Assembly (NCBI GenBank): GCA_016218585.1
Contig: JACRDK010000010.1
Coordinates: forward strand, 4,974 to 68,973
Reading direction: 5' to 3'
DNA: 64,000 bases
Source of the DNA: Candidatus Doudnabacteria bacterium
Lineage (GTDB): Bacteria > Patescibacteriota > Doudnabacteria > UBA920
The translations under genes and the position numbers were made by a program. Of this stretch, positions 37,204-45,074 are shown piece after piece (within the stretch, counting starts at the first letter, position 1; each line of letters begins with the position of its first letter). Under the pieces are notes generated by a model, which saw only the letters and a list, made by a program, of their open reading frames with translations, did no database searches and had not been told where the DNA came from.

Positions 37204-37268
37204 CTAAATATTTAAAATCCCTGGTTCTGGTCCAGGGATTTTAAATTTATATATAATTTCCTTTATTT

Positions 37269-38186
37269 TTAAATTGCCGCGGTTAAGAGAGAGGAAATGG
37301 TAATCACTGAGGCGGCCGTAGAAAGCAGAATGGCATTTGCCACCAGTTTTTCATCCAGCTTGTAGCGTTCGGAAATTACAAAGCAGGTAACCGCCGAGGG
37401 CATAGCGGAAACTAAAACGGAAATATCCAACGCCGGCTGCTTAATTTTAAAAATAATTCCGCCTAGCCAAATTAACAGCGGCAAGGCCAGCAGCTTGAAG
37501 GCCGAAGCGAGCCCGGCGGTTTTTAAATGGCCGGACATAAATCTGCCGTGCAAAAATCCGCCCAAGGCAAACAGCGCCACCGGCGAAGCGGTAACGCTTA
37601 AAGCAGAGAGAGGGGATTTAAAAAATTCCGCCAAAGGTCCGCTGGCATTTAAAAGGCTTAAGCCAATACCCGCAAACAGCGCCAACACCAGCGGGTTAAT
37701 AAAAAAGTCCGCGGCATATTTTTTCCAATTTTTTGACTTCTGCACCAAAAACTCCACCGTCAGAATGGAAAAAGCCATTCCCAAAACCAGATGGACTGTG
37801 GCTGCGGCTACAACCAATTTATAATGCTCCGCGGCTACGGTTTTGCCAATTAAAGGGAAGCCCATATAAATGGTATTGCCAACCATTATTGTTAAAAACA
37901 CCGCTGCCCGGTCCTTTTGGGAAATAGGAATAAATTTTAAACCTATCAAGAGCAGGATGCTTAAAATTATTAGTATTACAATATTAAACACTAAAATTTT
38001 TTGAACTTCTGAATCAAGCCAATTAATGTTCCAAAAGCTCAGCAAAACCAGCGCCGGAAGAGCAATGTAATAAACATAACTATTTAGCGCGTGTACCCAG
38101 GCGGATTTTAAAATATTTATCCGCCTTAACACAAACCCGGCTAAAATAATTAAAAAAATTGGCAGAACAATATTAAGCAATTGCAT
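37269..38186 (-). CDS. AEC (auxin efflux carrier) family transporter
   Basis: YYIALPAL, GNTIYMGFP, SPVALFALG, AMPSAV; ATG 38186. Confidence 0.9.
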   Translation of the reverse strand: MQLLNIVLPIFLIILAGFVLRRINILKSAWVHALNSYVYYIALPALVLLSFWNINWLDSEVQKILVFNIVILIILSILLLIGLKFIPISQKDRAAVFLTIMVGNTIYMGFPLIGKTVAAEHYKLVVAAATVHLVLGMAFSILTVEFLVQKSKNWKKYAADFFINPLVLALFAGIGLSLLNASGPLAEFFKSPLSALSVTASPVALFALGGFLHGRFMSGHLKTAGLASAFKLLALPLLIWLGGIIFKIKQPALDISVLVSAMPSAVTCFVISERYKLDEKLVANAILLSTAASVITISSLLTAAI

Positions 38187-38260
38187 TAAAGGAGGATTAG
38201 TTAATAAATTAATTATAACATGCCAATAAAACCCTAAAAATAATCGTATTGAAATATTCT

Positions 38261-38292
38261 GGTCAAAATAGGACGATCGTCTAATTTTGACC
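38261..38292. repeat. Imperfect palindrome centred on GACGATCGTC
   Basis: GGTCAAAATAGGACGATCGTCTAATTTTGACC. Confidence 0.8.
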
Positions 38293-38369
38293 GGTAGGTA
38301 ATTAACAAAAAGACCTGGACAAGTTCCTGGTCTTTTTGTTAAGATGTAAAACATCAATAAGGAGGGGAC

Positions 38370-38465
38370 GTGAGTAACGATGTTAAGAAGGCAATTTTCA
38401 TAGGAACCATACTTTTCGTGTTCCTGATTTCCATTGTTTTATACAACTTGCTTAGCGATTTGTAG
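38370..38465 (+). CDS. 31-aa single-TM peptide (not in ORF track)
   Basis: AAGGAGG SD, GTG; MSNDVKKAIFIGTILFVFLISIVLYNLLSDL. Confidence 0.65.
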   Translation: MSNDVKKAIFIGTILFVFLISIVLYNLLSDL

Positions 38466-38489
38466 CCAGGCAACAGAAAGGAGGCTTGA

Positions 38490-38756
38490 GTGCCTAACGA
38501 CGATGCGGCATTTGAAAGAGCTCTGAGTCTGGCAAACAAGCTTCGTCTGCTTTGCCAAGATCACGAGCTACTTCCGTCTGCTGGCCAAAAATTCGGAGTT
38601 CAACCGTGGGATGAGCTAATTAAGAAGTATTGCTCACAGGGCCTTGTGGTCACCTGGGAAAACCGGGCTGTGGTCTGGGAGAACGTGTGGTTGAAATACG
38701 CGTTGGATCTGCTGGATGCAGTCAGAGCCGAAGAGGCGAAGTTTAGGAAAGGCTGA
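38490..38756 (+). CDS. Hypothetical ORFan
   Basis: AAAGGAGG SD, GTG start. Confidence 0.7.
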   Translation: MPNDDAAFERALSLANKLRLLCQDHELLPSAGQKFGVQPWDELIKKYCSQGLVVTWENRAVVWENVWLKYALDLLDAVRAEEAKFRKG

Positions 38757-38770
38757 GGAGCGGTGAAAAC

Positions 38771-38851
38771 ATGCAAAAATGTTTAACATGCGTATTACTA
38801 GTTGGCCTGGCCACCGTCATCGTCCTGATGATGTGGCACAACTTTGGCTAA
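38771..38851 (+). CDS. 26-aa single-TM peptide (not in ORF track)
   Basis: GAGGAG upstream; MQKCLTCVLLVGLATVIVLMMWHNFG; terminator follows. Confidence 0.55.
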   Translation: MQKCLTCVLLVGLATVIVLMMWHNFG

Positions 38852-38953
38852 CGTCAATCAGCAACAACGGCGCGAGCAGACTTTGTCTGCCCGCGCCGTT
38901 CCACTTTCTTTATTTTTTGACTCTCTCTATAATCTCTATCTAAAATCTCTAAT

Positions 38954-41185
38954 CTATTTAGCTACTTCAAAACTCTGCAACAAAGGTTGGAGTTTAGCAA
39001 AGATTGCATCTTTGCTAACTTGCTCGGTAATTTGTTCGTTTGCGCCAAAACCTTCGGTGCGCGCGCCCATATCAATTTCGTAACAAATATTATTGTTATA
39101 GCTATGGTAAATTTTATCCATAGCCTGGTGTCCCAATCCGGCGCTGCTGGCATCGGCTAAAGCAAAATCCGCGCCGTTGATGTTTAATTTTTGGCTGCTG
39201 GGAGTTGCTTGGTTGCCGAATTTGTAGCATTGAGCGGAGGTGGAGTTTTTTATAACGCTGACGGAAAGAAAGCCGCCGGCAAAATCTGTATTGCTGGGAA
39301 AAGTTTCTTTGGGCAGGAGCGCGGTAATAACTCTTTCTCCTTTTTTATTTTGATAGAAATAATTTTCTATTGGCAAGTAAAAGCCGTTGTTCAAATTTTC
39401 ACCGGCTTGCATTTGGTAGTTGCCGGGATAATTAAATTTAAATCCATAAATTTCATTGGTGTATTGCTTGTCCGCATCCGGCGTATAGTCGTAATAATTT
39501 TCATTGTCAGTTTCAAAGCTTTGCTTTATGCGGCTGGCGCCGGAGAGGTTTTGCTTAAGGCTCATAGTTTGCTGGTAGGTAACCGTGCTGGCGCCGGAAG
39601 CAATTACTTCTAAGCTGTTTAATTTGCCAAAAGAAGCTCGGGAAGCGCCGGAGAGATTAACATTTGCCGCGGCGAGCATAGCGTTTTGCGCATTAACACT
39701 GCTGGCGCCGGAAATTTCGGCGGTCAAAGCGGTAGATGTGCCGGACAGTTCCAGGCGGCTGGCGCCGGAAAGCTCTGCCGTTGTTTGTGTTGCTTGGACG
39801 CTTAAATTTGCCCGGGAAGCGCCGGAAAGGTTAACCTTAATATTGGCAGCTTTTAAATTGCCGGCATTAATGCGGCTGGCGCCGCTGGCCGATAAGGCGT
39901 TTATTGCCGGAGCATAAACCGTATATTTTACAGATTTAATATTGCAGAAAATGCAGAACTTTATTTTGTTGTCGCGGTCAAGTTTTAGTACGCCATTTTC
40001 CACAACCAACTTCGCGTTGCCTAAATCTTTTTCCGTGCCCGTGGCCATAACCTTAAAGCTGTCGCCCTGGTAAAAGTTCAGGCTGTCGGCTCCGGAAAGA
40101 TCAACGGCGGTAAAGTTTTTTAAGTCATAAGTTTTTCCAACTTCCCGGAAGTATGGGCTGGTTTGGGTAATCTGTTCAATTTGCGGAGCTAATTTAATGC
40201 CCATATTAACTAACACAATCAACGACAAAATCCATAAGCCCAAAAGGGAAAAGCCGCCCATTTTGCTCAAGCTCGGCCGCATAGACATTAAGCTGGTGCC
40301 GAGCAAAGACAAAAATACTGCGGGAACAAAAGCCGCAAAGAAAGCGCTGGCTAGCGCGGCGTAATAAATTGTGCCGTGCGCTAATTCTTTAAACGGAAAA
40401 TCTACGTAAGGGGAGTTGGCGTTAAACAGCAGGCTAAAGGCAACAAAGACCAAGACAGCTATGCCTAAAGAAGCGGCAACGGTTATGCACAAGCCGATTA
40501 ATTTAAACAGCAGCGGAAATATTTTTTTTATTAATCTCCCCAAAGCCTGAAATATTTGTCCCACAACCCGAAAAGGAGCGGCCAAAACTTTTTTTATTGG
40601 AGATTTATCTTTTTTTTTAAGTTCTTCCACGCGTTCCTTAACCATTGTTTCCAGGTTTTTTAAATTTACCGCCTCGCCGCGCATTTGCATTTTTTCGGTA
40701 TCGGTGGAAGCAAAAGGCACAATTATCCAGAGAATTAAATAGAGCAGAATGCCGAAGCCGCCAAAGAATATGGTCAGGGCAAAAATTAGCCTTACCCAAA
40801 CCGGATCTACGTCTAAGTAGGCCGCAATGCCGCTGCAAACGCCGGCTACCAAAACGTCGTCCGGGTTCCTAAATAATCTTTTGCCAAAAGCGGAAGAGGT
40901 TTTTCCGGGAGCGGTTTTTTCTTTGTCCTCGCCAAACTGTTCCGGCCGCCCCATAACGGAAATTAATTCTTCCACTAAGGCCAAAGTAATAATTTTATCG
41001 TTTTGGGTCTTGGTTGCAAATTGTTCGGCTATACGGTCTTCCATATCGCTTACAATTTCACTTGCATCCGGGTAGGCGGCAAATTTTTGCTTAATAGCGT
41101 TTAAATAGTTTTCCAGCGCCTGGTAGGCGTCTTCTTCAACCTGGAAACTCATTCCGCCAATCGAGATGTTAATTGTTTTTTTCAT
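38954..41185 (-). CDS. PspC-domain membrane protein with a DUF2807/GIN-like beta-helix
   Basis: KRLFRNPDDVLVAGVCSGIAAYL; LSGAS repeats. Confidence 0.88.
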   Translation of the reverse strand: MKKTINISIGGMSFQVEEDAYQALENYLNAIKQKFAAYPDASEIVSDMEDRIAEQFATKTQNDKIITLALVEELISVMGRPEQFGEDKEKTAPGKTSSAFGKRLFRNPDDVLVAGVCSGIAAYLDVDPVWVRLIFALTIFFGGFGILLYLILWIIVPFASTDTEKMQMRGEAVNLKNLETMVKERVEELKKKDKSPIKKVLAAPFRVVGQIFQALGRLIKKIFPLLFKLIGLCITVAASLGIAVLVFVAFSLLFNANSPYVDFPFKELAHGTIYYAALASAFFAAFVPAVFLSLLGTSLMSMRPSLSKMGGFSLLGLWILSLIVLVNMGIKLAPQIEQITQTSPYFREVGKTYDLKNFTAVDLSGADSLNFYQGDSFKVMATGTEKDLGNAKLVVENGVLKLDRDNKIKFCIFCNIKSVKYTVYAPAINALSASGASRINAGNLKAANIKVNLSGASRANLSVQATQTTAELSGASRLELSGTSTALTAEISGASSVNAQNAMLAAANVNLSGASRASFGKLNSLEVIASGASTVTYQQTMSLKQNLSGASRIKQSFETDNENYYDYTPDADKQYTNEIYGFKFNYPGNYQMQAGENLNNGFYLPIENYFYQNKKGERVITALLPKETFPSNTDFAGGFLSVSVIKNSTSAQCYKFGNQATPSSQKLNINGADFALADASSAGLGHQAMDKIYHSYNNNICYEIDMGARTEGFGANEQITEQVSKDAIFAKLQPLLQSFEVAK

Positions 41186-41525
41186 ACTTTTTGATTAAAG
41201 AATTAATTGATAAAGATAGTTCGTGCCAAGTTTGATTCAGCTGTTCTAAGGCATCTTTGCCTTCTTTGGTGAGCCGATAGTACTTGCGGGGAGGTCCGGC
41301 TTTTGATTCCTTCCAGGTGTATTCCAGCAAATGGTCAGACTTAAGCCGGGACAGCAGGGGATAGAGCGTGCCTTCTACCACAATTAAGTTATCCGCTTTA
41401 AGCTCATTTAAAATATCGGAAGCATATAACTCGCCGCGGGCAATGGCTAAGAGCGTGCAATATTCTAAAAGGCCTTTGCGCATTTGCGAGCGGGAATTTT
41501 CCGTGTCAAAAACTGAGTTTTCCAT
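41169..41525 (-). CDS. PadR-family regulator
   Basis: QMRKGLLE, EGTLYPLLSRL, GPPRKYY. Confidence 0.93.
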   Translation of the reverse strand: MENSVFDTENSRSQMRKGLLEYCTLLAIARGELYASDILNELKADNLIVVEGTLYPLLSRLKSDHLLEYTWKESKAGPPRKYYRLTKEGKDALEQLNQTWHELSLSINSLIKKYEKNN

Positions 41526-41562
41526 AGGGTTGTATTAATTACACATACAGTATAGCACCCAC

Positions 41563-41581
41563 TACCTTTTTATGCAAGGTA
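41563..41581. promoter_or_regulatory. Probable PadR operator
   Basis: TACCTT-N7-AAGGTA inverted repeat upstream of padR. Confidence 0.55.
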
Positions 41582-41661
41582 CTAGGTGTGGATAAACTAA
41601 AACCCGCCGAAGCTTAGGCTTGGCGGGTTTAATTACTCGAACTTATATATTTAGTTAAACT

Positions 41662-42291
41662 CTATTTTAATAAGCTTTTTAGGTTGGCTATGCGGCCTTC
41701 AGTTATTTCCCATTCGTAAATATCCGCATTGGTAATATCTTTTGAAGAGCCGTCCTTGCCGCGATAAATTCTGACAATAGACGGAAAATGGAATAATAAC
41801 AAACGAATAACTCCATTATGCGTAACAATGCCGACATTTGAGTGGTCGCAATTATCAATAATGTCTAAAATTGCGCTAACTGATCGCTGGCGGACGTCTT
41901 CCACGCTTTCGCCGCCAAACGGCCGGTAATCATATTCCTGCATTGCCTCCAGCTCTTTATGGTTTGGCAGGAGCTTGTCCCATTCTTCCATAGGCTTGCC
42001 GGTAAGGCTACCGAAGTCGCGTTCGGTGAGCCGGTAATCGTGAAAAATTTTTATTTTTTCCGGCAGCAGGTTGTTAATATAGACGGCGGTTTCTTCAGCG
42101 CGCCGCAGGTGCGACGTATAGAGCACGTCTAAATATAAAAACTTAACCAGCTTGGCTAAAGTTTGGGCCTGCAGGACGCCTTGAGTATCAAGGTAGTCGT
42201 CAATCTGTGAGCCTTGGCGGATATGTTGTTTGTTTTTTATGGTTTCGCCGTGGCGAATGAAATATAATGTAGTTTGAGTTTTTATATGCAC
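41662..42291 (-). CDS. Histidine phosphatase (phosphoglycerate mutase family)
   Basis: RHGET, SHLRRAEETA, ERDFG, GGES, VTHNG. Confidence 0.9.
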   Translation of the reverse strand: MHIKTQTTLYFIRHGETIKNKQHIRQGSQIDDYLDTQGVLQAQTLAKLVKFLYLDVLYTSHLRRAEETAVYINNLLPEKIKIFHDYRLTERDFGSLTGKPMEEWDKLLPNHKELEAMQEYDYRPFGGESVEDVRQRSVSAILDIIDNCDHSNVGIVTHNGVIRLLLFHFPSIVRIYRGKDGSSKDITNADIYEWEITEGRIANLKSLLK

Positions 42292-42306
42292 GTGAGGAAA
42301 CGGAAA

Positions 42307-42693
42307 TTATTTTTTGGCTTTCTTTGCAACAGACTTTTTAACCGGCGCTTTAGCCTGGCCAACCTTAGCTAAATCTTTTGCTATTTTTTGCCAGTGCCCG
42401 GTTAATTCTTTTTTTAACTCTTCCACTTCTTTCGGGCTAATATTTTTTACCTGTTTGTATTTAGCCAGAACTTCTTTGGCCGCGGTTTCGTAAGTGCTTT
42501 TGCTTACGTTTTTCATTGTTTTAATTTTCTTGACCATTTCGTCCTTGGCTTTTTGGCTCCAGGCGCTTACGGCTTTGCGATGCTGTTTGCCGTCTTTGCC
42601 ATAAAAATAATAAGTTGCTGCGGCTGCTGCGGCTAACGCGGCCAAGCCTAACCCCTCAGCTACCTTTGTTCCGGTTGATGTTGTTTTTGGCAT
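42307..42693 (-). CDS. YtxH-like basic membrane-anchored protein
   Basis: Ala-rich TM followed by YYFYGKDGKQHRK and a Lys-rich helix. Confidence 0.65.
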   Translation of the reverse strand: MPKTTSTGTKVAEGLGLAALAAAAAATYYFYGKDGKQHRKAVSAWSQKAKDEMVKKIKTMKNVSKSTYETAAKEVLAKYKQVKNISPKEVEELKKELTGHWQKIAKDLAKVGQAKAPVKKSVAKKAKK

Positions 42694-42762
42694 ATGTGTG
42701 TTCCTTTCTCTTAGAGCCGGTTTTAAAATTTCGTCTAAAAATTATTTTTAAACTGGCTCTTG

Positions 42763-43029
42763 TTAATCTTTTTTCGATCTCTTGTTCAGATTGCTAAAAA
42801 AACTGGCAAAGTATTTTAATTTAGCGCCGTGGTCTTTAACGTTTTGCCTCAGGTCGGATAAATCCTGGGAAATAAGTTCAGCTTCAGAGCGGGCTTTGTT
42901 GGTAATGTGTTTAATGTCCCGGGAAATTTTTATAATGTAAATTATTAACACGGCCAAAAGCACGGTCAGCACAGCTACGGCAATCGTGGTAACAAAAAAG
43001 AAAATGTCCATTTTGGCAAAATCACTCAT
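42763..43029 (-). CDS. Single-TM coiled-coil protein (DUF948-like)
   Basis: DIFFFVTTIAV TM plus coiled coil. Confidence 0.7.
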   Translation of the reverse strand: MSDFAKMDIFFFVTTIAVAVLTVLLAVLIIYIIKISRDIKHITNKARSEAELISQDLSDLRQNVKDHGAKLKYFASFFSNLNKRSKKD

Positions 43030-43073
43030 TTTTTTATTTCTTAATTTCTTAGTTACTATTAATTTCCAACAGG

Positions 43074-43553
43074 CTATTTATAGTATTCTTTAATCTGGAA
43101 CAAAAAGTACATGGAAATTATTAAACCGATTATGGCGCCAAAAATTTGCCCGCTGAGAATTTGCGCCACCGCGGAAAGCAGAGAAGCATAGTAAACCAAT
43201 TGCCAGCCTCTTTTTTGGCGGGCAAACAGTCCCGGCAAAGCGGAAGCTTCCAAAACCAAACTCGCAATATTAACAGCTGCAATTACGAAGCCAAAAAAAC
43301 CAACGTGATAGGCGCCGGACATCATGGCAAAAGGCGCGAGAAAAGTGCTTAACCCAAAAGCCACTAAAATTATCGGCAAAGCTAAGACCATAATAACTAA
43401 AGTTATCCACGGCCCAAATTTTACAATCATTTCCCGAACATTCGGCGGAAGATGAAACGGAGCTTTGTCAAACAAATAGGTCTTAAAAAAGTTTTCCATT
43501 TGTTGAAGAAAGCTCTGATTATTTTGATTTTGTGTTGTTTGTTGTGTTTCCAT
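43074..43553 (-). CDS. Conserved 4-TM membrane protein
   Basis: KAPFHLP...PWI...ALPGLF...GW...YFLFQIKEYYK. Confidence 0.8.
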   Translation of the reverse strand: METQQTTQNQNNQSFLQQMENFFKTYLFDKAPFHLPPNVREMIVKFGPWITLVIMVLALPIILVAFGLSTFLAPFAMMSGAYHVGFFGFVIAAVNIASLVLEASALPGLFARQKRGWQLVYYASLLSAVAQILSGQIFGAIIGLIISMYFLFQIKEYYK

Positions 43554-43608
43554 AAAATAGTTTAATTCTTTATATAATTATACCATACTAGTGCGTAGTG
43601 TATAGTGC

Positions 43609-44166
43609 TTAGCGAGTAGTAGGCGAATATTTTGCAAACATTTCTTCCAGGATTTTTTGGAAAGTGGAACGCAAAGTTTCGTCGCGGCCAACCTCCAAAA
43701 CTTCGTCATTAATATTGGTGGCCGAAGCTGTCCAGTTATAGCTGCCGCTGGCGTAAGCTTTTTCCGTAACCACAACCTTTAAATGCATAATGCCGGAGTG
43801 GTCCTGGACATAAACCGGGATGCCGGATTTTTTTAACTCGTCAATAATTTTTTGCTGCGATTCAAGTTTTTGATATTGATCCCTGTCGGTAAGGCCAATT
43901 ACATTAAGGCCGCGGTATTTGGCCGCAAGCAGGGCGTCTTTAATGTCGCTGCGGGTAAAGGTATAAACGGCAAAGTAGACAAATTTGTCGGCGTCGCGAA
44001 TCTCATTAATTATTTCCTTATTCAATTCGCGCTCCTGATTATAGTAAACGCTAATTTCGCGCTGTTGTTTTGGCAGGTAGCGGTAAGAATAGTAAAATTG
44101 CCCGCACAGCGCAATTAGCAGGACGATAATTAGAAGATAGATTTTTTCTTTTGTTTGGGAAGACAT
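43609..44166 (-). CDS. Phospholipase D/Nuc-family protein (single HKD)
   Basis: MHLKVVVTE...SGSYNWT..A...NDE. Confidence 0.85.
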   Translation of the reverse strand: MSSQTKEKIYLLIIVLLIALCGQFYYSYRYLPKQQREISVYYNQERELNKEIINEIRDADKFVYFAVYTFTRSDIKDALLAAKYRGLNVIGLTDRDQYQKLESQQKIIDELKKSGIPVYVQDHSGIMHLKVVVTEKAYASGSYNWTASATNINDEVLEVGRDETLRSTFQKILEEMFAKYSPTTR

Positions 44167-44177
44167 ATTTATCTGGC

Positions 44178-44259
44178 TTTACTAAATACTAATTTTTACT
44201 AATATACTAATGTCGGTTTGTTAGAATTAGTATATTAGTACCGATTGGTAGTTAGTAAA
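44178..44259. repeat. TACTAAT inverted-repeat element copy 2
   Basis: TTTACTAAATACTAATTTTTACTAATATACTAAT ... ATTAGTATATTAGTACCGATTGGTAGTTAGTAAA. Confidence 0.85.
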
Positions 44260-44265
44260 TACAGC

Positions 44266-44697
44266 TTAAGTGTAGCTCTTGATTTCTTTCTGGGCGTCTC
44301 TTTTCTTTATGTATTCTCTTTTGTCGGTTTTTTTTCTTGCTTTGCCTAAAGCAATTCTCATTTTTACCAAGCCGCGTGGTCCCAAGAATATTTCCAGCGG
44401 AATAATAACCAAACCTTTTTCTTTTCCTAAAAGTTGGTTAATTTCTTCTTTTTTTAGCAAAAGCTTTCTGGTTTGCGTCGGATCATATTTTTCATTTGGC
44501 GCATATTTGTAAGGACCAATATGACAGTTAATTAAATTGGCGCCGTTTGCCGAAACTGTAACATAAGCGCCGGTTAAGGAAACATTGCCTTGTTTAACGG
44601 ATTTAACTTCCGCTCCGGTCAATACCAAACCCGCCACGAAATTTTCTTTAAGATCGTAGTCGAATCTGGCTTTGCGATTTTCGGCGAATGTTGGCAT
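44266..44697 (-). CDS. smpB: SsrA-binding protein
   Basis: ENRKARFDY, AGLVLTGAEVKS, RKLLL, DKRE.IK.RD. Confidence 0.97.
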   Translation of the reverse strand: MPTFAENRKARFDYDLKENFVAGLVLTGAEVKSVKQGNVSLTGAYVTVSANGANLINCHIGPYKYAPNEKYDPTQTRKLLLKKEEINQLLGKEKGLVIIPLEIFLGPRGLVKMRIALGKARKKTDKREYIKKRDAQKEIKSYT

Positions 44698-44749
44698 TGA
44701 AGCGAATTTAATAAAATGCTAAAATAATTTACTTTGTCAGGAGGGCAGT

Positions 44750-44965
44750 ATGAAACGGAAACTTTTTTGGTCAAAAATGGTCATCGCTGGATCCGATCTT
44801 CAAAAGAGGATGGGGAGCGGGCCATTTCAAGCGGAACTTCCCGCGGAAGGAGAGCCGGTAAAAACCGTGACTATCCAAATGCCGGGAGAGGAACTGAAAC
44901 ACTCAACGGTCACCTTGGCTGGCTTTTATTTCTCCCTCACCAAAGGTGGTGAGCCACTCAGATGA
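44750..44965 (+). CDS. Small ORFan
   Basis: AGGAGG SD; own terminator at about 44986-45021. Confidence 0.6.
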   Translation: MKRKLFWSKMVIAGSDLQKRMGSGPFQAELPAEGEPVKTVTIQMPGEELKHSTVTLAGFYFSLTKGGEPLR

Positions 44966-45074
44966 TCCAACAGCAGTTCCCGCACGGGTCGGCGGCGCAA
45001 ATTCGCGCTGCTGACCCCTTTATTTTACCCTGTTTCACTAATTTTGTCATTTTGTGTTATAATAACGGCATCTT

